Notes: generated from the sequence alone by a model not told the origin. A stretch of DNA of 64,000 nt from Epithemia pelagica (GCA_946965045.2 OX337239.1:3162001-3226000), one strand, 5' to 3'. Positions 23,293 to 34,260 are shown, numbered from the stretch's first letter. Numbers and translations: made by a program.

Positions 23293-24293
23293 AAGATACC
23301 GATAACAACCACAAGAGACAAACCGTCGTCGTGTTGGGAGGATATCGAACAGGTCAAGGCGAGCTAGATTCCATTCATGTATTAAACTTGGCAGAATCAA
23401 ACAAGCAGTGGCGACTAGGGCCACGCATGAACCAGAAACGTGATGGACATGCCGCTGTTGTGTGCAACGGAGCCGTCTACGTAATGGGAGGATACAACGA
23501 TGAAATAATTGTGATGGGACGATTCAATCAAGGTCCATTGGATTCTATCGAAAGAATTGATTCCAATGATTTGCTGCAATCATCTTTGACAACCAGCACC
23601 ACACATGAACGTCATTGGACGACATTGACATGTCGATTATCAACGGGCCGAGATGGATGTTGTGCTGTTGCGGTGCATGATCGATACATTGTAGTAATGG
23701 GTGGCTACAGCGATCATGATTTGTCGTCAGTGTATATTATAGATACAAACAACCACACTGTCACTGCGGGGCCAAGCATGACTGTTCCACGAAAATGGTG
23801 TGCCAGTGCGGTTATTGGTCACCGCATCTTTGTCGTTGGAGGCCAAAACGGGTACGGCAATCTTGACTCGGTGGAGTATTTGGACGACACAACACCCTGT
23901 GACGGTGATGAGACAGAAAAGGAAACTGACTCGACGTTGATTTCTTTCTCACCCACCTGGACCACTCATTCTGATCTGGTCCTTTCCAATGCACGAACTT
24001 CTTGTGCAATGGTTGCCGTGGGATCTTGTCTGGTTGTTGCAGGAGGATGGGGCAATTCAACCGTGGAAGTCTTGGATACGCACTTCAACCGCGTGTGGAA
24101 TCTTCCACCATTCGGAAATCACCGTGATGGCTGCAATATGGTGACTGCCAATCAAGTTGCCGTGATTGGTGGTGTGTACAATTTTACCTGTGCGACATTA
24201 CCACTAATGGATAGAAATTCGTGGTGCTTTCGTCGACTCTGTGACCAGCATCCAAACGGATGGTATCAGTCTCTGGATGGACTGAGCATCTAA
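23293..24293 (+). pseudogene. Kelch gene K8, 5'-deleted (promoter, start and most of blade 1 lost), premature TAA before the tail
   Basis: Kelch homology begins at gataccgataacaaccacaag, only ~245 bp after the K7 stop. The listed ORF start at 23220 is a GTG. The stop atc TAA cat replaces atc CAA cat. Confidence 0.8.
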
Positions 24294-24373
24294 CATGCTG
24301 ATGTTTCTCCCTTTCCTACATCGACATCAGCTCGTAAACGCGCAAGGTCCAATGGAGTTTATTTCTCTAGTGG

Positions 24374-24644
24374 TATCAGCGGTCATGCGCCTCCATTCCA
24401 TTCTCTCATCACACACATCCAAAAATGTCGATCTCACACTACACCCAATATAGTATCTAGCCATAACTTGAGAAATAACAAAACCTGCACTACAATTTAC
24501 ATTTGTCCTTAGCAGTGTTCAACAGACTGCAAAACCGGACCTATCCGAATGACCATGGGAACCTCCCTCCACGGAACGGCCGCCTCATTCGGACATTCTA
24601 CGAACAACTCATCGTGTGAAATGGAAAACCACCTCACAATGAGA
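24374..24644 (+). repeat. 5' LTR of copia element 1 (TATCA...TGAGA)
   Basis: Identical by eye to 31117-31387. Directly followed by the PBS. Confidence 0.93.
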
Positions 24645-24656
24645 GGTTATGAGCCC
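24645..24656 (+). promoter_or_regulatory. Primer-binding site GGTTATGAGCCC (half-tRNA-iMet type)
   Basis: Abuts the 5' LTR. One mismatch from the GGTTATGGGCCC PBS of Drosophila copia, which is primed by an internal fragment of initiator tRNA-Met. Confidence 0.7.
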
Positions 24657-24989
24657 AAGCGGTTCCACTGGGTTGTAACAGTATTCACCTTACTGATGAC
24701 CGTCAGCATATCGATGAGAATTGATTTACTTATGGATTCATTCGTGGTACGACATATCTTACCTGTGCCCCTTTTACGAATCCGAACTCTACTGCGACCA
24801 ACCTTCGGCAACTGGGAATCACCCTTGCAGTTGGAAACTTGGTCCACCAACCAAATCACTTCTTCGCTTTGCCCAACACGATCTAGCGCACGGGAGCTAC
24901 CACTCACTTTTTGGACCGATCCAAAACAGCTACGTGCTTACCGTATACTTTCATCATTGAAACCTTTACCTTTGCTTACCTTTGCGACC

Positions 24990-26393
24990 ATGAAGATCCC
25001 TACGCCTGTTTCTACCCCCAAGAAGTCTTCTGGAGTTGGTTCTCTCTCGGCAGATACCCAGATCAACGGCATCGCTTTGACGGCTACGAAGAATCGCTCG
25101 TTCGAACTTGGAGCCTTCGCTGATACTGTCTCCCCAGCCTATCGCAGTTCTTTGACGGGCAAGACCTTGTTTGACTTTCGAAACGAAGCTGTTACTGGCC
25201 TTACTCCTCCTTTCAGCTTCACGTGGGCAGTTGTTAGTACGACTGATGACAAGTCCTTCTTTGAAGACAACAACAAGATCATGATGCAACTCTATGCCCT
25301 CAAGACTCGCCTTACCACGTACTGCATGCACTCGGTCTTCGACATTCTCCCAGTTGACGAGACGACCGGTATTTTGGACTCCTCTGGTGCTACCATGAGC
25401 TTGTTGGACCATGCATGCTCAATTTCGGAAACCCAAGTCCGGTTGAGTAACCAGATTTATGCCGAACGCACGACTGATAGTTTGCATCCGCAGAATCTTT
25501 CCTGGACTCAAGACCTGTTGCTTGCCTCTTGCGATGGAACTCTTCGTGCCGACCTCGAGAACCGTTTGGTCACGATTCCAGACAACGAGCAGGGTGGTCC
25601 TTTGGTTCTTCACATGATTCTGACTCAACTCATGATGACTACCACCGAAGCTGCCCGTGGCATTGTTCGTCGGTTGGAGAAGCATTGTGTTACTGCCTAT
25701 CCTGGTGAAAATCTCAATCAGTTTTGTTCTACGTTTAACAATGTGGTACTACGTCTGAATTTGAGCGGACACGTTCCCGCTGACATCTGTAGCATCTTTG
25801 TGGAACGTCTTCTCACCTGTACCGTTCCCAAGTTCCTCAGCATGATGGATTACTTGGATAATCATGATGACCCTATCCTTGACGACTTTTTCGGCTTACG
25901 CGAACGTGTGGTGTCCAAATATCACTCTCTTTTACTTTCGGAAAAATGGCTCCCGACCGTCAAGACTGATACTTCTGCCTTTCCCGCTCTTACCGAAACC
26001 AAGACAGCTGCTCCGGTTGGGACCCCCAAGTCGAATACTGGCCGTCGTCCTCCTTTACCTATTGATACGACACCTCCTGGACCCGGTGAGGCTAATTCTA
26101 AACCTCATCCAACGAATCCCAAACGTAAATTGTGGTGGTGTGCTCTGTGCCCCAATGGCACTCCAAATGGCATTGGACGATGGGGTAATCACAGCACAGA
26201 TCGCCATGACCCCACCAAGGTGAACTCCCGTCGACCTCCTGCTGCTGCACCTTCCGAGACGACTGCCGCTGCGACTACCACGGACTCTTCTCCAGTCACT
26301 CCTTCGACCGACAGCACTACGGATGCACCAACTGCTGCACCACCTCAGACTTACGCCAACGTCGCTCTCACCTCCTTGCGGGATTTTCACTAG
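24990..26393 (+). CDS. gag: Gag of copia element 1 (467 aa from ATG 24990)
   Basis: First ORF of the element. It has a helical capsid-like core (QGGPLVLHMIL, VTAYPGENL) and a C-terminal C-x2-C...W-G-N-H-x4-H motif. The frame is also open upstream to ATG 24549 inside the LTR. Confidence 0.8.
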   Translation: MKIPTPVSTPKKSSGVGSLSADTQINGIALTATKNRSFELGAFADTVSPAYRSSLTGKTLFDFRNEAVTGLTPPFSFTWAVVSTTDDKSFFEDNNKIMMQLYALKTRLTTYCMHSVFDILPVDETTGILDSSGATMSLLDHACSISETQVRLSNQIYAERTTDSLHPQNLSWTQDLLLASCDGTLRADLENRLVTIPDNEQGGPLVLHMILTQLMMTTTEAARGIVRRLEKHCVTAYPGENLNQFCSTFNNVVLRLNLSGHVPADICSIFVERLLTCTVPKFLSMMDYLDNHDDPILDDFFGLRERVVSKYHSLLLSEKWLPTVKTDTSAFPALTETKTAAPVGTPKSNTGRRPPLPIDTTPPGPGEANSKPHPTNPKRKLWWCALCPNGTPNGIGRWGNHSTDRHDPTKVNSRRPPAAAPSETTAAATTTDSSPVTPSTDSTTDAPTAAPPQTYANVALTSLRDFH

Positions 26394-26424
26394 GGCGGGT
26401 GTTTCTCCAGCACTCCGATGCCCT
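26381..26424 (+). promoter_or_regulatory. Predicted -1 programmed ribosomal frameshift signal (G_GAT_TTT plus 3' hairpin)
   Basis: The heptamer GGATTTT (26381-26387) is in correct phase two codons before the gag TAG, and -1 slippage enters the pol frame (GGA TTT TCA CTA GGG CGG GTG). A hairpin AGGGC-GGGTG / CACTC-GCCCT starts 4 nt downstream. Confidence 0.72.
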
Positions 26425-29400
26425 TTATCCCCCTTGGTTGGAAACCTTTATTTGTTGGTTCGGCCTTTGTGGTTGGTTCTGTTTGATCTCGACGGTTGAT
26501 TGTTTTGTTCTGACACTGGTTGGTCGTTTGTATCGGTTTACGTCGTCTAGCCGCGCCCATCTTCGCCACCTCAATCGGTTACTTCCCAAACCACCGTTTC
26601 ATTTTCCTCCCAGTGGTTTCGATAGCCGACTTTGCTTATCCGATCATGTAATTTGCTTGACTCCACTTTCGGTCCTTTACCTTGCATTTCATCTCCTCGT
26701 GTTCACGTCGTCAACTTACCCTTTGGGAGTCATGAGTTTCACTCCTCCACGGGTCAGGGGCGAGCATGGTACAAGAACAAGACGACGAACATGGTGCAAG
26801 TCAAGATCCGCCACGAACTGGAACCATTGGCCCACGATACGTGCATTACGTTTACACGACACCACGGTTGATGGTTATGACAAGCTCAAGTTGTTACCGC
26901 TGTCCAGAGATCCCACGATCTACACTCTTGGCTCCGATTTTAGCAATCTTCTCCGTGCGAATTGTGAGACACCCCGTTTCACCTATCGTTATGCCATGCA
27001 CCAAATTGATCCTACCATGACTGTCTTTCAGTCCACTCAAACTGATGCTCCGAGTGACCCTGTTGTGCCAATCATTCTTGACACTGGTGCTTCGAATGGA
27101 CTGACAATGAATGAGGATGACTTCGTTGAATTGGTGTACGGCAACTATGGTTCGATGTCAACCGCAGCAAGTGACAACCGTTTTCCCATTATTGGTACTG
27201 GAATTGTTGGATATGACGCGATACACGAAGATGGATCCATCCGTCGTTGGGTTTTTCCAGCCAATCTCTGCAAGGCTGCCGGCACAAGACTTTGTTCTCC
27301 TCAAATCACTGCCGCTTACTTACGCCAAGATCAACGATTTCCCACTTTTGTTAGCAATCAAGCATTCGCGAGTATCATGATCGACAAGGCAACAGATCGT
27401 CGCATTACCGTACCAATCGACTACTCAAGTAACCTTCCGATCGTTCGCGTGAAAAATATCAAGGGTTCTCAACACGCAGACTCTTCCCGCCGTCCGGTTG
27501 ATTGTCGTTGTGGCTTTAATCAATGGTGCCGTTGCCCATTGGAAATTGCATCTCGAACAGAGACTCCGCCTACACTCCACCAGTATTTGGCTGACCATGA
27601 AGACAATCCTTTGGATATTGCCAATCGGAATTTGAGTGGGCCCCAAAAACAACTTTTGCTTGACCATCAACGATTGGGACACATTCACATGCGAAGGATT
27701 CAGCGTCTGTATCGTGACAACTCCAACGCCGACCATGACGACACTACACCATCATGCTTACCAACAACATTCCGAAGCAGTAGCACTTGTGCGGCTCCAA
27801 AGTGTCTCGCTTGTTTATACGCCAAGGCACGACGTCGACCAACTCAGTCAAAAGCAAACGTACCGCATCCTCAGGCTGGCCATTTAACTCCAACCGATCG
27901 GAAACTTTCACCCGGCGAATTGGTCTCGATGGATCATTTCGAGTCTACCGTCCGTGGCCGTCTTTGGCACACACGTGGTCGTGAGCGGCCAGAGCACCAG
28001 TTTGTTGGAGGGACCATCTTCTTTGACCATGGTTCCAAAGCCATCTTCTGTTACCCTCAAGTATCCCTTGGCAGCAGCGACACCATCAATTCTAAAGACC
28101 GATTCGAGCATTCTCTTAGTCAGACCGGTCAACATGTTCATCGGTATCATTCCGATAACGGCGTCTTCACCTCCCATGCATTCCAGGAGTCCCTCAAGGC
28201 ACCTCGGCACACCTTTCCGTCACCCACCAATACCTTATCTGGCGTCGGAGCACATCATGAGAATGCTGGAGCAGAGCGGGCAATTCAAACAGTGACTTAC
28301 ATGGCACGGGCAATGATGATTCATTGTCACATCCGTTGGCCGTCCGCTTTCTCTCCTTCACTTTAGCCCATGGCCATGGAGTACGCCACATGGATCTACA
28401 ACCATGTCCCTCACGAAGATACAAGTCTGTCACCCATGGAGATGTTTTCTGGCACCCGGATTGATTGTACTTTACTGCGTCGGGTTCGTGTATGGGGATG
28501 TCCGAGTTATGTGTTGGATCCAAAACTCCAAGATGGCAAAAAGCTCCCCAAGTGGAATCGTCGCTCACGCCGTGGTCAGTTCCTTGGATTTTCCCCAACC
28601 ATTCCAGTTTGGTGGGGATGATTCGGAACCTGGACAAAGGCCACATTTCACCCCAGTTCCATGTCGTATACGACGAACTCTTTATGTCAGTCTGTAGTAC
28701 TTGGTCGCTCCCTTCGGATAATAGCTTACCCGACTTCTTTACTCGCGACCACTACCTGGAAGATCATGACGTGACACGTGATGGGCCTATGCCCGATTTG
28801 GATTCCATCTGGTCCAGTCCTACTGTTTCCTTCGAGGACACCACGACTCCTCCTGATTCGCATGTCCCCGAGGGCGAGCATACCCAACCACCGTTGGCTG
28901 ACAGTCCTACTACTCCGTCTACACCACTTGATCTTGGTCGTAATCACCGTCGGACGACTCTGGATCCATCATCCGTGGCTTCACCCCTCCACTTGGATGT
29001 CACCGATACTCCATTGCCGTCGGTTCCCGAGCACGATGACGATGACGATTCCGAACTCTCTTCAAAACCGGGCGAGCCTTCACCTTCTTCAAAACCGGGC
29101 GAGCCTTCACCTTCTTCAAAATCGGGCGAGTCGCAACCTTCTTCGAAATCGGGCGAGTCGCAACCAGCCGACGCCTCAAATGATCAACGTCCAACACGAC
29201 AACGCCGTCCACCTCGACGATTCCCAGATCCAGAGGACTCTTCACCCTCACCATCCGAAAGTACATGGACTCACTTCAGCTCAAGCAACCAAGCCTTTAC
29301 AATGTCAGCCATCAACGACGACCCTGTCGCATTCGGTCATTATGCAAATTCCATCAACTGGAATCTCCCATCCACATTGGACCCCAACAAGTTGAGCACA

Positions 29401-31098
29401 ACATTTGATTCGCAACTACTGGCACAAATTCGTTCACCTCTGGGGATTATTGATGATTGGCACCCTTTATACTTCAGTGCCAAGGCCATAAACGAAGACG
29501 CGCCCTCCTACTTCGACATCCGTCACCTATCACAAGAGGAACAAGACAAATGGATCGTCGCAATGGACAAGGAACTCAACGAACTTGAAGAAAAGAAAAC
29601 ATTCAGGCTTGTTTCCCGTGCAATGGCGAAAGGGAAAGAAATTGTGGACGTCATGTGGACCTTCGTCAGAAAGCGCAAACCAGACGGAACAATCTCACGC
29701 TACAAAGCCAGACTGGTAGTCCGTGGGGACCAACAAAAGGCATCCTTCAGCCGTGACGACACATTCGCTCCCGTTATTGACTGGCCAACCGTTCGCTTGT
29801 TGTTGAATCTGTCTATACAACACAAGTTACACACCGTGTCAATTGATTTCAAGAACGCTTTTGTGCAATCTGATCTTCCCGAACCAATCTACGTCAACCT
29901 TCCACAAGGATATGGCGCAGGTCAACACGATAAGGTCCTAGAAGTCACCAAGAGTCTGTATGGGGATTGTCGCGCACCACGTCTGTGGTACGACTACTTA
30001 CGTAACAAATTGGAGCAACTCGGACTCAAGCCCGACGGATCTGATCCTTGCCTCTTTATTGGAATGGGGTGTATCATGATCACCTACGTCGACGACGCAA
30101 TCATCTGTGGACCTAACGCCGAAAGTGTCAATCGAGTTCTCGATGGACTCACTCGCTTAAAAATGGACTACGAACATCTCGGTGACTTACCGACTTATCT
30201 TGGAGTCGAGATCAAGCACCACCATGACGGGACCGTCGAACTACGTCAACCACATTTGACACGAAGTATCATCAACGCATTGGGTCTTGAAAAGTCCAAC
30301 CCAAAGCCTACACCAGCTACAAAGACAATCGGCAAAGACATTGGCGGAGCACCATTGAACGCCGACTACAACTACCGATCCGTCGTGGGCATGCTCCTAT
30401 ATCTCGGGAACAATACCCGACCCGATTGTGCCTTCGCAATAAACCAGACTGCACGCTTCAGTAACAACCCTACTGCATTGCATGGCGAAGCATTGAAACG
30501 AATCGGGCGCTATCTCATGGGCACTGTTGAACGAGGATTGATATTACAACCATCCACAGAACTCAATCTACACTGCTATGTGGACGCCGACTTTGCGGGC
30601 CTGTGGAGCAACGAAGACTCTGACGATCCAACCTCCGTCCGTTCCCGAACCGGATTCATCATCACCATCGGTCAGTCTCCAATCACCTGGTGTAGTAAGC
30701 TGCAAACGGAAATCGCTCTCTCAACCATGGAGGCTGAATACATCGCAGCCTCAACAAGTATGCGAACTCTCATCCCACTACGAAATCAACTTTCCAAGAT
30801 ACTCACCCACTTACAACTTGCCTCCACTGGACCCAGCTTCGTCTGTACCGTGTGGGAGGATAATCAAGCAGTACTCCAATTGGCCACCAAAGATCCACCG
30901 CGAATGACACCACGCAGCAAACACATCGGCATTAAGTACCACTGGTTCCGTGCACATCTTAGCTCTCCCAACAGCACCGATCCTAACGGAATCTTCATGA
31001 AGGCTATTGCAACAACCGACCAACTCGGCGATGCATTTACCAAGCCGTTCGACGCTGGACCGTTCGAAACGGCACGCAAGAAAATCATGGGTTGGTAG
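26388..31098 (+). pseudogene. pol: Pol of copia element 1 (PR-IN-RT-RNase H) with a nonsense codon and a frameshift
   Basis: PR IILDTGAS (~27080). IN HQRLGH, CxxC, MDHF, HSDNG, AERAIQ. RT YKARLVVRG, YVDDA. RNase H YVDADFAG. The TAG at 28364-28366 stands where L-W-P is expected. A 1-bp loss in the C-run at 28593-28596 breaks GFSPNHSS. Confidence 0.9.
29059..29166 (+). repeat. 27-bp tandem repeat x4 in the IN-RT linker (SSKPGEPSP x2, SSKSGESQP x2)
   Basis: Directly visible: tcttcaaaaccgggcgagccttcacct twice, then two diverged units. Confidence 0.9.
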
Positions 31099-31107
31099 CC
31101 CTCGATC

Positions 31108-31116
31108 AAGGGCGAG
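31108..31116 (+). promoter_or_regulatory. Polypurine tract of copia element 1 (AAGGGCGAG)
   Basis: Purine-rich run immediately 5' of the 3' LTR. Confidence 0.7.
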
Positions 31117-31387
31117 TATCAGCGGTCATGCGCCTCCATTCCATTCTCTCATCACACACATCCAAAAATGTCGATCTCACACTACACCCAATATAGTATC
31201 TAGCCATAACTTGAGAAATAACAAAACCTGCACTACAATTTACATTTGTCCTTAGCAGTGTTCAACAGACTGCAAAACCGGACCTATCCGAATGACCATG
31301 GGAACCTCCCTCCACGGAACGGCCGCCTCATTCGGACATTCTACGAACAACTCATCGTGTGAAATGGAAAACCACCTCACAATGAGA
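31117..31387 (+). repeat. 3' LTR of copia element 1
   Basis: Identical to 24374-24644. Followed by TSD AGTGG. Confidence 0.93.
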
Positions 31388-31579
31388 AGTGGTTGACTTG
31401 TTTTCAACGTTCGATTGCAATCCTAGGACCTAGTATTATAAGTGTTTACTCAAGAGTGGAAACAATATGTTGCAAGATAGAACATGCTTGTATTTTGTGA
31501 AAGGCGGGGAAAGAACGACCCGATTTGTGTACCTCTACAAGTGGTACTACGCTTCGGCCATTACCCATTTATATCTGTC

Positions 31580-33694
31580 AGTTGTGGGACAGTGCCACAA
31601 CCGTGACTGTGCAGTCGTGAGACCACACTCTAAATAACACAGAATGGATTGCTAGCTGTGGCACGGAGGCCACCAACCAATGAGAGGAGCAGGAACAAAA
31701 GCACGCCAAGGCAAAACCTTGTTGGACCTGACGTTGTCGAGTTTGTATGGAAGTAAGGAGGCAGGACCATGTCATATCCAATTCCGACATGATGGCCAAG
31801 AACAGGTTGTCCCTTTCGGAGGAGTCTCCGCGCTCCAATCACAATGCCTTCTTCTACCTGATGTTGCATGTGAATCACAATACGTTGCTGCACTTGACAT
31901 GTACCATAGTAATGTGTCATTTGCCCGATATGAAAGGTCGCCACACTTGGATCATCCGCAAACGTTCTACGGGTTCTTCTCGTCGCCTGACTCGCCACGC
32001 TTCGAGAATCCTAGTACCGAGATGCCTGGCTTGCATCACTTTTTTGCGGGTCATTGGTACTTCCCTGTGAAAATGCTTTGAATTTCTTTGTTCCTGCGCC
32101 CGGAGGCAACATCGTATCAAACCGATCTTCCGTATGATTGTGTTCGTCTTCGGTCATTGGATCGTCAAAGTGCTGTCCGATGGCAAATGGCTTCGTATCA
32201 AAGGTCAACACAGATGCACCGTCCACTTCGGACTCAAACGGACCACCAGCATTCCCATCTCCCGCTTCCTCCGATGGCAATGGCAAATTATGGTTGCTCA
32301 ATGCCGTCTTGCGACAGGCCACTCTCTTCTTCGACAACGCTTTCCAAGCACAAATGAAACACTTGGAATTTTTATCCAATCAAGTCTATCGGGAGCTCCA
32401 TCTGTTGGTCCAATGACGAAGAAACCTGCGACTGTGCTCGATAATTTCCACCAAGGCCAAAATACCTTGCCGTGGAAGGCGCCGCCGACTCCGCCGACGC
32501 TGAAGTAGTAGGTTTTTGGTCCAAATCAAATCCCCATAGGGGTTTGGTAGCAGGTCAAGAAAGTCCCAACGCCCCAAACACTTGAACCGTGGAGGAAGGG
32601 GATCCGACTCGAGAAATGTACGCACACGAGATGGAACACAAGCGACCAACGGGTGCCGCCTTGGGTAATAGCGGTTTGAGCAACGAGTGCACAGAGGACT
32701 CGTCCTGTGTGTCGCCCTTGCTGCTGTAACAGAGAAAATTGGTTGTTATGTTGGTGGTGCAACAGGAGAAACTGTGTTCTCGTACGGTGGTATGCAGAAC
32801 TTGTCGGACAGTATCCATGGCTTGCCAGGGTTAAATCAAATCTTCCATTGCATCGGCCCAATCCATTGCATTGACCAATGCCATGGTGGTAGATCCCACA
32901 CGAGACGCTTGTTGCGCCAATTCACGAGCCATGATATTTCCAGCAGCAGTATCCCAGTGTTCCAAAATAGCTGCATCGGTCAACTCGGACAGCAAAAGGT
33001 TTCACCAGGTAGGGTACTGGTTCGAATCAAGGCGGCCAACAAGCAATGCTGCACTGCGGCGAGGGGAGAACGAACCGCGGATGCATCGTGTCGGATTTGG
33101 AGGGTAAAGGACAATGCCCAGACACTGCTTTCAATTGCCTCTTCAGCCTCGACCTAATCCTCCTGAGACAAGGCTTGACAGCGACTGAACCGTGGGTGTT
33201 GTTGCTCCTCCTTTTCCTTCTCCTCGTTGCCAGTCTTTTGTGAATGTCTGCATGGGAGATGCCGGATGGAGCGGTGGTGGTCGGGGAGACGGAGTCTCCA
33301 TTCCCGAGACTTGACTGGACGTATTCCGTACCGGCGACGTTTGAAAGGAGGTCTTGGTAATAGATTTGTCGGGTGCGGTGGGTTTCCACGAGACAAAGGC
33401 CCACAAGGAATCAATCGGGTCTTTGACTGGACCCCACAATGGACGATCGTCTTGGGAGGCATCGGCCGCGGTCGCTACCAAATCCAGCAAACGACTTTGC
33501 AGTTGTCGCCCATCATGTTCCAGCGCTTCTTGTTGGTGCTGTTGCACTTGTTCTTGTCGTGTGAGCTCCAAGTTGCCGGGTGGTACCAACAGTGTTGTCA
33601 GTGGTGATCTCCAAGCAGCAGCAGAAGCCGAAGAAGAGGAAGAAGAAGCATGGGCCCCATCTATGGAACTCCAAAGACGGAATGGAGCCGTCAT
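31580..33694 (-). pseudogene. RAB3GAP1: Decayed Rab3 GTPase-activating protein catalytic subunit-like gene
   Basis: Across several frames on the - strand, in the expected order: KAAPVGRL..ISRVGSPSS (~32660-32600), DLIG*KFQVFHLCLE (~32390-32345) and PMTED (~32150). From recall these match RAB3GAP1 KSAP.DSL, LLHQKLQMLNCCIE and PMTED. Many stops and frameshifts. Confidence 0.55.
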
Positions 33695-33872
33695 TGAGAA
33701 GCAAAGGGAAGGAGGCAGTCTGTGGACTGCGGCAACCGCACCGACAGTACTTCAATTGAACTTAAACAAAAGACGGCGACGGCCACAGACACATTGTGGT
33801 GCTGATTGCTGATGGTATCTTTTTTTGTCGTTTCAATGGATCTTCCCCCAAACTGTGATGTGGAGTGCCCGC

Positions 33873-34251
33873 AGTCAAAGTACACAGGATACTCTGTAGT
33901 AGCTAGGGGCAGTACCTATATTGGCGTGGAGGTGATCAAGTCTCCACGACAATACACTAGAGAAGTTGTTTCACAACTTTCTGTTTGTTGATACTATAAG
34001 CTCTAGGTTTAGGAACTACATTCGATTCCTCATTTGATTCCTCACGAGGAATCAATTCCTCATTTACTCATGGAGGTTACTTTGGAACCATTGATGCCAA
34101 TGGCTAGAGCTTGGTTACTATGCGACGGGCAATGCCTTCTCTGGTAGTAAGGCATTGCTCTTGGATACATAGTGGGGACACGATTCTATGTCTCACAGAT
34201 TCGAATCGTGACTGCCATATCGCCTGTCCGTCACACTGATTAACCGCGACT
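33873..34251 (-). repeat. 3' LTR of copia element 2 (AGTC...GACT)
   Basis: Identical by eye to 42564-42942. Preceded on the - strand by the PPT. Confidence 0.93.
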
Positions 34252-34260
34252 CTCCCTCTT
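34252..34260 (-). promoter_or_regulatory. Polypurine tract of copia element 2 (AAGAGGGAG on - strand)
   Basis: Pure purine run abutting the 3' LTR. Confidence 0.8.

Larger units (their letters stand above)
24374..31387 (+). mobile_element. Ty1/copia LTR retrotransposon 1 (CoDi-like), 7,014 bp, pol disrupted
   Basis: Two identical 271-bp LTRs. 5-bp TSD AGTGG at 24369-24373 and 31388-31392. PBS and PPT present. Domain order is gag-PR-IN-RT-RNaseH. Confidence 0.96.

Noticed and set aside
26391-26393. Stop-codon readthrough between gag and pol (Tca2-like)
   Set aside because: The gag frame closes again at a TGA ~30 codons later, and pol is in the -1 frame.
28586-28596. Second GGATTTT near the pol frameshift as a programmed slippage site
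   Set aside because: It is out of phase (GGA TTT T) and falls inside the conserved IN motif GFSPNH. A simple 1-bp deletion explains it.
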